53,114 nucleotides of DNA from the NCBI GenBank assembly GCA_964525365.1, contig CAZGGW010000002.1:1-53114 (forward strand). The letters are read 5' to 3'. This DNA comes from an uncultured Muribaculaceae bacterium. GTDB lineage: Bacteria > Bacillota_I > Bacilli_A > RF39 > UBA660. Of this stretch, positions 17,286-26,762 are shown piece after piece. Under the pieces are notes generated by a model. It made no database searches and had not been told where the DNA came from. It saw nothing but the letters and a program-made list of their open reading frames with translations. The position numbers and the translations under genes were made by a program. Each line of letters opens with the position of its first letter. Positions within the stretch are counted from its first letter, which is position 1.

Positions 17286-18629
17286 TTAATCAACCCTCTT
17301 TTCAATTTGTAAGCCGGCACCTATTCCAAAGCTTAATCTTGGCATAGTTTCTGATGATGCTTCTATCTTACCATCAGTTAAATAATATGCTATCTTATCT
17401 GCATTTCTAACTGCTTCATTTGCATTATCTTTAACTTTAACTGTAATTGGTATTATATAATTTCTATCAACATTTAAAGTTGTAAGATCATCCATATTTT
17501 GACTATTATCTGGGTCAAACGGATCAAGTATGTCAAAGTCATGTACTCTAACTTGCTGTGTACCTATTACTTTTCCGTCCTTGTAATATACTAACTGTAG
17601 ATATGGATTAAAATTACCTTTTGTACAAGTAGTATCACCTGCATTTATAGTATCACAGTAATTGAATTCTGCTCTTGCTAAATACTGTACTTCAAAATCA
17701 TCCATAAACTCTAGAAAATCATTATTAAATGCACTTCTTGTGAATGTTAGTGTTTTGGTTACAGTTGTAGTTTCTACTTCGGTTTGATTACTTACTGCTA
17801 ATGCACTATCAAACGTGTGATAATCTTTTATATAAGTTAATTCTAATACAATCTCATTTTTTGGTTTGTAAAGATTAGTAAAATTAAAAGCATAATTGGT
17901 ATTTACAGTTAAGTTCGAACCAATGTGACCTTCATCACCTATTTTTTCAAGTGTAACATCACTATCTCCTGATTTAATTTTCATATCAGATACTATCTTG
18001 CCTTCTTCTATTTCAAGTTCCAGTTTTTTCATTCCATAAAATAACTGGAGTTCAATGCTATCGTCAGTTGTAAATGCCATTCCTTGTGTTAAAAACATTT
18101 CTGGAAAAGGCATTGTATTATTAGAACTAAAAATTCCAAATCCTAAGTAATCTTTACTATAGAAAGTTAACCATCTGCTTTCGTCATCATTTTTACCCAT
18201 CCATAGTACTGCTTTACCTCTTTTATTAAAATCAGGTGATATTTCAACTAAGTTGTATTTAGCAGCATATATTTCTGGTGTAGCGGGGCTAGGTCCACCT
18301 TCAGCATAAAGACTAAGTCCAGTTCCTTGATTAATAAAGAAATACTCTTGTCCTGATCCAAAATCTATTTTACCTATGGATGATAGATCACTTTTATTGA
18401 AGTCAAGCGTACATCCAGTACCAGTAAAGCAATAATCTGGTAACAGAAAATCTCCTTTAATTTCACCACCTACAAGATCACTATAGCTAGTTGTTTCAGA
18501 GATATTATCTTTATTAATACAAGTAAAATTCAGTGTTGTTCTAGCATAGACATCTTCTGATAATATAAAACCTCCTACAATAGTTAAAATAGAACAAATA
18601 AAGATTTTTTTTAATTTTCCTCTTTTCAT
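17286..18629 (-). CDS. Secreted protein of unknown function (447 aa)
   Basis: The ATG at 18629 has RBS GAGGAG 7 nt upstream. The signal peptide is MKRGKLKKIFICSILTIVGGFILSEDVYA. I recognise no family motif. Coding is supported by ORF length and by tight coupling to the next gene. Confidence 0.55.
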   Translation of the reverse strand: MKRGKLKKIFICSILTIVGGFILSEDVYARTTLNFTCINKDNISETTSYSDLVGGEIKGDFLLPDYCFTGTGCTLDFNKSDLSSIGKIDFGSGQEYFFINQGTGLSLYAEGGPSPATPEIYAAKYNLVEISPDFNKRGKAVLWMGKNDDESRWLTFYSKDYLGFGIFSSNNTMPFPEMFLTQGMAFTTDDSIELQLFYGMKKLELEIEEGKIVSDMKIKSGDSDVTLEKIGDEGHIGSNLTVNTNYAFNFTNLYKPKNEIVLELTYIKDYHTFDSALAVSNQTEVETTTVTKTLTFTRSAFNNDFLEFMDDFEVQYLARAEFNYCDTINAGDTTCTKGNFNPYLQLVYYKDGKVIGTQQVRVHDFDILDPFDPDNSQNMDDLTTLNVDRNYIIPITVKVKDNANEAVRNADKIAYYLTDGKIEASSETMPRLSFGIGAGLQIEKRVD

Positions 18630-18835
18630 TTTCACTCTCCTCAATTTTAGATATTTTGTGCTTTTCAAAATACCTTATTATATAGAAATTGTATCATAAA
18701 TATTAATTATTAGCAATCATCAGTTCCTAAAGATAGTGTAAAATGTTTTTAGGTTGAAGGTAATAAAAAAGATTAATACCTTCATGATATAATTATTCTA
18801 TAAGAATAAACGCAAATATTTGGAGGTATCAATCT

Positions 18836-18886
18836 ATGAATATAATACAAGATTTAATTGAAAAAGTGAAGAAAAATTTTTGTTAA
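18836..18886 (+). CDS. Candidate 16-aa small ORF (MNIIQDLIEKVKKNFC)
   Basis: A GGAGG lies 9 nt upstream of the ATG. An extended -10 (TGATATAAT, 18785-18793) lies upstream. Support is structural only. Confidence 0.2.
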   Translation: MNIIQDLIEKVKKNFC

Positions 18887-18975
18887 TCCTTTTTTAAAAT
18901 GATACCAAAGATTTTTTTAAAATGATACTTATTCAATTGTATAATACTTCTTATTAAGAAAGAGGCGTTTTTTTA

Positions 18976-19092
18976 ATGATATCAAAAGCTAACAATCCTA
19001 TTATTCATTTTGTAATTCAATATTCTGCTTTAAGCAAAGTAATTGAAAAACTTGTAAGTCCTATAATAGAAAAAAATCATAATTATTTTTAG
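18976..19092 (+). CDS. Candidate 38-aa small ORF (MISKANNPIIHFVIQYSALSKVIEKLVSPIIEKNHNYF)
   Basis: AGAAAGAGG lies upstream of the ATG. TGTATAAT (18938-18945) is a possible promoter. The ORF ends inside the 19070-19105 hairpin. Confidence 0.2.
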   Translation: MISKANNPIIHFVIQYSALSKVIEKLVSPIIEKNHNYF

Positions 19093-19105
19093 TTATGATT
19101 TTTTT
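19070..19105. terminator. Bidirectional intrinsic terminator (rsmG on the minus strand; small-ORF islet on the plus strand)
   Basis: AAAAAATCATAA-10 nt loop-TTATGATTTTTT. The A- and T-runs flank the stem on both sides. Confidence 0.55.
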
Positions 19106-19138
19106 ACAAATTAAAAACTCTTTATTTTAATTTAACGT

Positions 19139-19837
19139 TTATTTTTTTATAATATATTTATAATCTCTAGGATAGTCTAAATTTGTTTTTATCTTCTTTT
19201 CTATAACTATTATACTTCTTTCAGCATTTTCTATAGGTAACTTATAAGAAAACACTTCTTTTAATAATGCGCCAGTCTTATTAATAATAGATTTTGCGTT
19301 TTCTAATTCTTCTTCATTATTTGTCTTTAGTGGTATAAATAAACCGTTGATCTTTACTAAAGGTATTGCAATTTCGGAAAGTATATTTAAAGAAGCAACA
19401 GCTCTACAAGTAACGATATCAAAAACTTCTCTGTTTTCTTTTGCATATATTTCTGCTCTTTGATTAACTATTTCTACATCATTTATTTCTAATTTTTTTA
19501 ACAAAAACTCTAAAAACTTACATTTTTTTGAATTAGATTCTATTAAAGTTAAATTTATATTTGGATATATAATTTTTAATGGCATAGTAGGAAAACCAGC
19601 TCCTGTACCTATATCTAAAACTTTTATTTTAGAAGAAAAATTATATATTTTTGTTAAACATAATGAATCATAAAAATGTTTTAAAAAAACATCCTCTTCT
19701 TTTGTAATCGCAGTTAAATTGATCTTTTTATTACAATTAATTAAAAAAGTACAATAATCACTAAATTTATTATATATTTCTTCAGTTATCTCTATTCCTA
19801 TTTTTTTACATTCAATTATAAATTCTCTTTTATTCAT
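19139..19837 (-). CDS. rsmG: 16S rRNA (guanine527-N7)-methyltransferase RsmG/GidB
   Basis: 232 aa with SAM motif VLDIGTGAGFP. It lies downstream of and overlaps mnmG. Confidence 0.9.
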   Translation of the reverse strand: MNKREFIIECKKIGIEITEEIYNKFSDYCTFLINCNKKINLTAITKEEDVFLKHFYDSLCLTKIYNFSSKIKVLDIGTGAGFPTMPLKIIYPNINLTLIESNSKKCKFLEFLLKKLEINDVEIVNQRAEIYAKENREVFDIVTCRAVASLNILSEIAIPLVKINGLFIPLKTNNEEELENAKSIINKTGALLKEVFSYKLPIENAERSIIVIEKKIKTNLDYPRDYKYIIKK

Positions 19838-21644
19838 TTGGATACTCCTTTTTTAAATATATTAGTAACATAGTTATATCGGAAGGATTAATTCCACTTA
19901 TCCTTGACGCTTGTCCTATCGTTAGAGGTCTTATTTTAATTAATTTTTGTCTTGCTTCGGTAGCAAGATTTCTTACAGACCCATAATCAATGTTTTGAGG
20001 AATTTTTTTTCTTTCTAATTTTTTTAATTTACTTACTTCTTTTTTTATTTTTGAAATATATCCGGAATATTTGATATTAATTTCCACTTTTTCTTTTATT
20101 TCTTTGTCATATTTTAAATTTAGTTGTTTTAATATTTTGCTAATAGATATTTCCGGACGTTTTAATAACTCAATCGATCTAATATTTTTACCTTGATAAT
20201 TGATGAAACTATTTTTTAATTTTTGCTCTAAATCCGCCATATTTTTCATTTTATTTAAATAAATACTATATTTTTTTTCGCCTAATAACCCTATTTTGCG
20301 ACCTATTTTTGAAAGCCTTTCATCAGCATTATCGTGTCTTAACAAAAGCCTAAACTCAGCTCGAGATGTAAGCAATCTATATGGTTCAGTTATACCTTTA
20401 TTTATCAAATCATCTATCAACACGCCTATATATGCTTCATCTCTTTTTAATACCAATGCTTTTTTACTTTGTAATTTTCTTGAAGCGTTTATACCAGCAA
20501 TTAAACCTTGGGCTGCAGCTTCTTCATAACCGCTAGTTCCATTAATTTGACCTGCTAAAAATAAATTTTTGATTTTTTTTGTTTCCAATGACAACATTAA
20601 TTCAGTTGGATCAACCGCATCATATTCTATAGCATATCCATATTTTAATATTTTAGCATTTTCTAAACCTTCTATCGTATGTACTAATTTTTCTTGAATT
20701 TCAATTGGCATTGTAGTGGAAAAACCACCCATATAATATTCGTTACTTCCTAATCTCTCTGGTTCTATAAATATTTGATGTCTTTCTTTATCAGCAAATT
20801 TTACAACTTTATCTTCAATTGAAGGACAATATCTTGGACCAACTCCTTTGATCAAACCACTATATAATGAACATTTATCTAAATTTTCTTTTATAACCTT
20901 ATGTGTTTCTAAATTTGTGTACGTTAAATAACATGGAATTTGATTTTTAATAATATATTTGGGTTTAGAATAATTACTAAATGTTGAATATTCTTTATCT
21001 CCTGTTTCTTCTTTTAAAACTTTTAAATTCATAGTTTTAATATCTAATCTAGGTGGAGTTCCAGTTTTTAATCGTATTATTTTCAAACCCACCTCATTTA
21101 ACTGTGTACTTAAATAAAGAGATGTTTTCTCACCATGTGGACCACCTTTTTCTTTTTTATCTCCTCTTAAAATATCTGAATTTAAATATGTTCCGGTAGT
21201 TAAAATAACAACTTTTGATAAAATAGTTTCATCAGTTTCTGTTAAAATTCCTTGAATATCATTGTCTTTTATTATTAATTTTTTTACCATTTCTTGTTTT
21301 AAATATAAATTCTTGGTAGTTTTTAATGTTTTTAACATATTAAGTGGATATAAAGTTTTATCTGCTTGACACCTTAAAGATCTTACTCCTGGGCCTTTTC
21401 CTTTATTTAAAAGTTTTATTTGCAAAATAGATTTATCTGCATTAGATCCCATTTCTCCACCTAAAGCATCTATTTCTCTTACTACTATTCCTTTCGCAGA
21501 TCCACCTATTGATGGATTACACGGCATATCTGCAATATTATTTATATTTCCAGTTATCAAAAGGGTCTTGTTATTAAGTCTTGCGCTTGCAAGCGCAGCC
21601 TCACAGCCAGCATGTCCACCACCAACTACTATTACATCATACAT
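19830..21644 (-). CDS. mnmG: tRNA uridine 5-carboxymethylaminomethyl modification enzyme MnmG/GidA
   Basis: 604 aa: YDVIVVGGGHAGCEAA (FAD fold), GPRYCPSIEDK, GQINGTSGYEEAAAQGL. Confidence 0.95.
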   Translation of the reverse strand: MYDVIVVGGGHAGCEAALASARLNNKTLLITGNINNIADMPCNPSIGGSAKGIVVREIDALGGEMGSNADKSILQIKLLNKGKGPGVRSLRCQADKTLYPLNMLKTLKTTKNLYLKQEMVKKLIIKDNDIQGILTETDETILSKVVILTTGTYLNSDILRGDKKEKGGPHGEKTSLYLSTQLNEVGLKIIRLKTGTPPRLDIKTMNLKVLKEETGDKEYSTFSNYSKPKYIIKNQIPCYLTYTNLETHKVIKENLDKCSLYSGLIKGVGPRYCPSIEDKVVKFADKERHQIFIEPERLGSNEYYMGGFSTTMPIEIQEKLVHTIEGLENAKILKYGYAIEYDAVDPTELMLSLETKKIKNLFLAGQINGTSGYEEAAAQGLIAGINASRKLQSKKALVLKRDEAYIGVLIDDLINKGITEPYRLLTSRAEFRLLLRHDNADERLSKIGRKIGLLGEKKYSIYLNKMKNMADLEQKLKNSFINYQGKNIRSIELLKRPEISISKILKQLNLKYDKEIKEKVEINIKYSGYISKIKKEVSKLKKLERKKIPQNIDYGSVRNLATEARQKLIKIRPLTIGQASRISGINPSDITMLLIYLKKEYPNE

Positions 21645-21653
21645 TTTTAATAC

Positions 21654-22994
21654 CTACTTTCCTAAACAAAATTTAGAAAAAATTTTATCTAATAACTCTG
21701 ACTCATAAGTTTGTCCCGTTATTTCTCCAAGTTTATTATATAATATTTTGATATTTGTTTCTATTAAATCAACGCTTATGTTTTTTTCTAAGTCTTTTTC
21801 TATTTCTTTAACTATTTTTACACACTCTTTTAGTATGTTTATTTGCCTTATATTTGATAAAAATTGAAGATTTTCGCTTTCTAATTCATTTAAGTTAAAT
21901 TTTTCTATTATTTTATCTTTTAATGTTTCTATACCTAAATTATTTAATGCTGATATTTCAATATAATCTTCTTTTAGATCACATATATTTTTTAAATCTA
22001 TTTTATTTAATACTATTAATTTATTATTAGATTTACATAAATTTAATATCCTTTTATCTTCTTCATTTAGTTTTTCATTTGCACTAAAAATTATTAATAT
22101 TAGAGATGCATTTTTTATTTCTTTTAAAGTTTTTTCTATGCCCAATTTTTCTATTTGATTATTAGCATTTCTTATTCCTGCAGTATCAAAAAATCTTACT
22201 TCTATTCCATTTAATATTATTGAACCTTCTACTATATCTCTAGTGGTTCCAGGGACATCAGTCACTATAGCCTTTTCAGCATTTAAGATTCTGTTTAATA
22301 GACTACTTTTACCCACATTAGGTCGTCCCACTATAGCAACTTTTATTCCTTCTTTTATTATTTTTCCTTCTTCACTATATATTAATAAATTATTAATCTT
22401 TTCCTTAAAGTTTTTTAATTCATTTTTTATTAATTTATTAGTAACAATTGTATCTTCGTATTCTGGATAATCAATATTAACCTCAATATTTGCAATTATG
22501 TTTAATATTTCATCCCTTAAATCATTTATTAAAGAAAAAATCTTACCATTAATTGCGTTAACACTTAATTTTCTAGCACCTTCAGTTTTTGCCTCTATTA
22601 AATCTTGAACAGCTTCAGCCTCAGTCAAATCTATTCTTCCATTTAAAAACGCCCTTTTTAAAAACTCGCCTGGTTCGGCAATTCTCATTCCATTTGATAA
22701 TAATATTTCTATTATTTTATTCACTGAGGAAACTCCGCCATGGCAATTTATTTCTATCATATCTTCAGTAGTAAAACTTTTAGGACTACGAAAAACTGAT
22801 ATTAAAACCTCATCTATTATTTCATTTTTATAAACAATGTGACCATAATTTATGGTGTTACCGTTAACTTTTGTTAAATCCTTACCAATAAATATACTAT
22901 TAACTATATTAATAGATTGTTTTCCACTAATTCTAATTATATTTATAGCACCTATACCTATAGTTGTTGCAATTGCAACTATCGTAGCATCCAT
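21654..22994 (-). CDS. mnmE: tRNA modification GTPase MnmE/TrmE
   Basis: 446 aa with G1 motif GRPNVGKSSLLN, DTAGIR, NKIDL and the C-terminal CLGK motif. Confidence 0.95.
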   Translation of the reverse strand: MDATIVAIATTIGIGAINIIRISGKQSINIVNSIFIGKDLTKVNGNTINYGHIVYKNEIIDEVLISVFRSPKSFTTEDMIEINCHGGVSSVNKIIEILLSNGMRIAEPGEFLKRAFLNGRIDLTEAEAVQDLIEAKTEGARKLSVNAINGKIFSLINDLRDEILNIIANIEVNIDYPEYEDTIVTNKLIKNELKNFKEKINNLLIYSEEGKIIKEGIKVAIVGRPNVGKSSLLNRILNAEKAIVTDVPGTTRDIVEGSIILNGIEVRFFDTAGIRNANNQIEKLGIEKTLKEIKNASLILIIFSANEKLNEEDKRILNLCKSNNKLIVLNKIDLKNICDLKEDYIEISALNNLGIETLKDKIIEKFNLNELESENLQFLSNIRQINILKECVKIVKEIEKDLEKNISVDLIETNIKILYNKLGEITGQTYESELLDKIFSKFCLGK

Positions 22995-23058
22995 ATATAA
23001 CCTCTTTCGAATTAAGATTATATCATTATTATCATTTAATGTAAATAAAAAGGTCTTT

Positions 23059-23679
23059 TTAAGACTCTTTATTATTTTTATATTTTATAACGACACATCT
23101 ATTTGGCTCTTCGCCCTCACTAATTGTTTCAATATATTTAAATCCAGTTAAAGCACTATGTACTAATCTTCTTTCATAAGAATTCATTGGGTCTAATTTT
23201 ATATCAACTTTTGTTAAAGTAACCTCTCTTGCTAGTTTTTTAACATTTTTTTCTAAAAAATAATTTTGTTTCTCTTTGTAATTTCCAATATCAAGAGTAA
23301 CGTTTGGATAAATATCAATCATATTATAAATTGCTTGTTTAGTAAAATTCAATAATGCATTCAATAAATGACCTCTTTTACCAATTAATATTGAATTATT
23401 ATCAGAAATAATTTCATAATTTATTTGATTATCTCTAATTTTTAATTCAATTTGAGAATTAGTGCCAAATCCCCTTAAAGTTTCTGAAAGTATATTTTTT
23501 CCATATTCTGCTGCATCTGAAACTTTTACCGCTTCTAAATAATATTTTTTTCCTTGAAATAATCCACCCTTTTCTTCATATTCTTTAATATACAAATCTT
23601 TATCAGTTAAATTCAAATCTTTACAAACGTTATCTATTAAGCTTTCTTTGTTTTTACCTTCATATTTATACTTTTCCAT
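23059..23679 (-). CDS. jag: Jag/KhpB (EloR) KH + R3H RNA-binding protein
   Basis: 206 aa: LIGKRGHLLNALLNF (KH) and ERRLVHSAL (R3H). It lies downstream of yidC. Confidence 0.85.
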   Translation of the reverse strand: MEKYKYEGKNKESLIDNVCKDLNLTDKDLYIKEYEEKGGLFQGKKYYLEAVKVSDAAEYGKNILSETLRGFGTNSQIELKIRDNQINYEIISDNNSILIGKRGHLLNALLNFTKQAIYNMIDIYPNVTLDIGNYKEKQNYFLEKNVKKLAREVTLTKVDIKLDPMNSYERRLVHSALTGFKYIETISEGEEPNRCVVIKYKNNKES

Positions 23680-24608
23680 TTTTTATTACCTCCACTCTTT
23701 TTATCAACATTATTTTTTATAATAATATTTTGAACTATTGTAAACAAATTAGTAACGATCCAATATAGTGCTATAGCAGCAGGTAAACTTAACGAAGCAA
23801 TAGAAATAAATACTAACATAACTTTTGTCATCATTCCCATTTGTTTAGCTTGTGCTTCATCCATAGAAGCATTCATGTTTTTAAATGAGAAATAAGTTGC
23901 GGCAATTATTAATACTACTAAAATTATATAATAATAGTTTCCTGATTTAATACCTTCTAATGGCGTTGTTCCTAAATGAAGTCCTAAGAAAGTTTCTTCA
24001 AAAAATACTGGAACTCTATTTATTGCCTCTAAAAAAGCAAAAAATATAGGTAATTGTAAAAAGGCTGTTAAACATCCAGATAACGGACTTATATCATATT
24101 TTTTATAAATTGCCATCATTTCCTGGCTCTTCATCATCATAGAATCCTTATCATCTTTAGTTTTATATTTTCTTTCTAATGCATCTAAATCAGGTTTTGC
24201 TTTTTTCATATTTTCGCTCATCATAGTTGACTTTTTAGAAATTGGCATTAATATTACTCTTAATAAAAGACCTACAATCATAATTGATATCCCGTAATTT
24301 TTTACTAATATCCCTATTTTTATTACTAACCACGCTAAGGGTTTAACAAAAATTGTAGTCCATAAACCTTCATAACCAGTTTTTGTAATACTAAAATTCT
24401 TACAATCTTGAAGTTCGTCTATTTTTATCTTCATTTCTTCTTCATTTGTTTTATAAATATTATATATTTCAGTTGTTTCTGGTTTACACATAATATTTGA
24501 TGTATAATTTTTTTTAGTATTAGTTTCTTCATTTGTAACGGAATAAGTTTTGGTACAACCAGCTAACAATAAAATAGATACAAATATAATTATAATTTTT
24601 TTCTTCAT
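23637..24608 (-). CDS. yidC: Membrane protein insertase YidC/SpoIIIJ (lipoprotein form)
   Basis: Lipobox LLLAGC, then conserved PISKKSTMMSENMKKAKPDLDALERKY, GCLTAFLQLPIFFAF and LYWIVTNLFTIVQN. Confidence 0.9.
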   Translation of the reverse strand: MKKKIIIIFVSILLLAGCTKTYSVTNEETNTKKNYTSNIMCKPETTEIYNIYKTNEEEMKIKIDELQDCKNFSITKTGYEGLWTTIFVKPLAWLVIKIGILVKNYGISIMIVGLLLRVILMPISKKSTMMSENMKKAKPDLDALERKYKTKDDKDSMMMKSQEMMAIYKKYDISPLSGCLTAFLQLPIFFAFLEAINRVPVFFEETFLGLHLGTTPLEGIKSGNYYYIILVVLIIAATYFSFKNMNASMDEAQAKQMGMMTKVMLVFISIASLSLPAAIALYWIVTNLFTIVQNIIIKNNVDKKSGGNKKWKSINMKVKTKKA

Positions 24609-24925
24609 TTACATTCTCCAATTAAATCTCGTAAATTATTTTGAATTGTTTCATATTTGGCGTCTAAACAAGATTTCCTAATTATTATAACACAATTAAA
24701 GCCATTATTAAAATAATTTTTCATTAATAAATCTTTTATTACTCTTTTTGCCTTATTTCTATTAACTGAATTTGCTATTTTTTTACTGACAGATACACAA
24801 TACCTATTATAGGATAAATTATTTTTAACATAATAAAGTATAAAATATATATTTATTTTTTTATTATTTTTATAAATAATCTGTTGTATTTCTTCATTTT
24901 TTTTAATTATAAATTTTTTATTCAT
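24605..24925 (-). CDS. rnpA: RNase P protein component
   Basis: 106 aa, basic, with SVSKKIANSVNRNKAKRVIKD (RNR-like motif). It lies between rpmH and yidC. Confidence 0.85.
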   Translation of the reverse strand: MNKKFIIKKNEEIQQIIYKNNKKINIYFILYYVKNNLSYNRYCVSVSKKIANSVNRNKAKRVIKDLLMKNYFNNGFNCVIIIRKSCLDAKYETIQNNLRDLIGECK

Positions 24926-24989
24926 TTAAATTGTCCTTCTATTTTTTTATAGGAATAGAAAAAAATCACTTATTTAAAAGTAATTCTTT

Positions 24990-25112
24990 TTATTTAGATA
25001 ATTCTTTTCTTTGCTTACTTCTTCTTAATTTTAAAACTTTTGAATCTTTTCTAGTTCTAAATCCATGTGTTTTACTTTTTTTTCTATTATTTGGTTGATA
25101 TGTTCTTTTCAT
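24990..25112 (-). CDS. rpmH: 50S ribosomal protein L34 (40 aa)
   Basis: Not in the ORF track because it is under 60 aa. The minus strand gives [51 protein letters not shown]. Confidence 0.85.
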   Translation of the reverse strand: MKRTYQPNNRKKSKTHGFRTRKDSKVLKLRRSKQRKELSK

Positions 25113-25150
25113 ATTTTTCTCCCTCCAACATTTTTCACTTGACTGAACAA

Positions 25151-25179
25151 ATTATAAAATATACAATAAGTTTTGTCAA
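25151..25179 (-). promoter_or_regulatory. Consensus sigma-A promoter of rpmH-rnpA
   Basis: The minus strand reads TTGACA (25174-25179)-17 nt-TATAAT (25151-25156). Confidence 0.65.
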
Positions 25180-25201
25180 TTTAATTTTTTATAAACATTA
25201 T

Positions 25202-25305
25202 TGTTGATAACTTTATTTATTCAGAAAATAAAATATGTTGATAGTGTTGATAACTAAAAAAATTGTGGAATTTAAAGATATAAAAAGTGGATTAGATGTT
25301 AATAA
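25202..25305. other. oriC DnaA-box cluster upstream of dnaA
   Basis: The + strand carries TGTTGATAA (25202-25210 and 25245-25253), TGTTGATAG (25236-25244), TGTGGAATT (25264-25272), AGTGGATTA (25286-25294) and TGTTAATAA (25297-25305). Each is the complement of TTATCCACA with 1-2 mismatches, and all share one orientation. An A/T tract follows at 25330-25350. Confidence 0.65.
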
Positions 25306-25400
25306 GTTGGTTAACCAATTTTATTTATGTTTTTTCACTTTTATTTTTTTTAAAAAAAGTTTACAATGATGTTAACAAGTAGAAAGGAGCGTTTATTTAT

Positions 25401-26762
25401 ATGGAGAAAAATGTATTTTGGGAAAAATTTATTTCTTCTTTATCCGCGACCATTTCTAATGTTTCTTTTAATACTTGGTTTAACGATATGAAATTATATG
25501 ATTTAAATGATGAGAAGATTTTGTTAACTGTACCTTATGATTCTATAAAAGATCATTTAATAAATAATTATTATGAAATTTTAGAAGATATAATTACAAA
25601 TATACTTGGAATAAATTTAAAAATTGATTTTCTATTAGAAAGCGATATAAGAAAAGAAAAAAATATAAATATAGATGATCAAGAAAATAACAACGAGATT
25701 GAATATTATAAATATTATAGCAATTTTAATAAAAAATATACTTTTGAAAATTTTGTTGTTGGAAATTCTAATAGGTTTGCTTATAGTTCTGCGGTTGCAG
25801 TAGCAGAAAAACCTGGAAAATTATATAATCCATTATTTTTATATGGTAAAAGTGGATTAGGAAAAACTCATTTAATGCACGCAATTGGAAATTATATAAA
25901 AAAGAATTCTAATAAAAAAGTGTTGTATATAACTACCGAACAGTTTGTTAATGATTTTGTTAATATTAATAAAAAAGATACTGGTAATAATATAACTTAT
26001 ATTGAAATGTTCAAAAAAAAATATAGAAATGTAGATGTATTGATGATAGATGATATACAATTTTTAGGTTCTGCGACTATGTCTCAACAAGAGTTTACTA
26101 ACACTTTTAATAGTTTATATGATAATGAAAAACAAATTATTATTTCTTCAGATAGATCAGTAGATGATTTAAAATTATTAGAAGATAGATTAAAAACTAG
26201 ATTTAATTGGGGATTAAAAGCGGATATAAATCCTCCAGATTATGAATTAAAAAGAAAGATTATTGAGAAAAAAATAACAAATGAAGATTTGCTTTTAAAT
26301 TTAAATAATGATATTATTGATTATATAGCAGCAAATTGTGGTAATGATGTACGAAATTTAGAAGGATTTTTAATAAGATTAATGGCTTATCAAGCAATTA
26401 TGAATATTAATACATTAACGTTAGAAGATTCAATGGAAGCTTTAAAAGACTACACTAACAATCCTATATATAGTAATAACACTATAGCAGGTATTCAAAA
26501 TGTAGTAGCAAAATATTTTAAAGTATCTGTTGATGATTTAAAAGGAAAGAAAAAACATAAAGCAATTATACAAGCAAGACAAATAGCAATGTATTTATGT
26601 AGAATGATGACTGAAGAAACTTATCCAAGGATAGGTTTAGAATTTGGAGGGAAAGACCATTCAACAATTATATATGCATATGAAAAAATCAATAATGAAA
26701 TAAAGCATAATGGTCAATTAAAATTAATAGTGGAAGAGTTAAAACAGCAAATCAAAAGTTAA
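25401..26762 (+). CDS. dnaA: Chromosomal replication initiator DnaA
   Basis: 453 aa: FENFVVGNSNRFAY, Walker A GKSGLGKTHLMHA, DDIQFL, and DNA-binding domain ARQIAMYLCR...GGKDHSTIIYAYEKI. Confidence 0.97.
   Translation: MEKNVFWEKFISSLSATISNVSFNTWFNDMKLYDLNDEKILLTVPYDSIKDHLINNYYEILEDIITNILGINLKIDFLLESDIRKEKNINIDDQENNNEIEYYKYYSNFNKKYTFENFVVGNSNRFAYSSAVAVAEKPGKLYNPLFLYGKSGLGKTHLMHAIGNYIKKNSNKKVLYITTEQFVNDFVNINKKDTGNNITYIEMFKKKYRNVDVLMIDDIQFLGSATMSQQEFTNTFNSLYDNEKQIIISSDRSVDDLKLLEDRLKTRFNWGLKADINPPDYELKRKIIEKKITNEDLLLNLNNDIIDYIAANCGNDVRNLEGFLIRLMAYQAIMNINTLTLEDSMEALKDYTNNPIYSNNTIAGIQNVVAKYFKVSVDDLKGKKKHKAIIQARQIAMYLCRMMTEETYPRIGLEFGGKDHSTIIYAYEKINNEIKHNGQLKLIVEELKQQIKS

Noticed and set aside
23637-23679. 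Long gene overlaps (yidC/jag 43 nt, prfA/prmC 44 nt), considered as possible frameshifted or fused genes.
   Set aside because: Both partners are full length with intact conserved termini. Alternative downstream starts are lacking, so these look like genuine overlaps or slightly mis-set starts, not pseudogenes.
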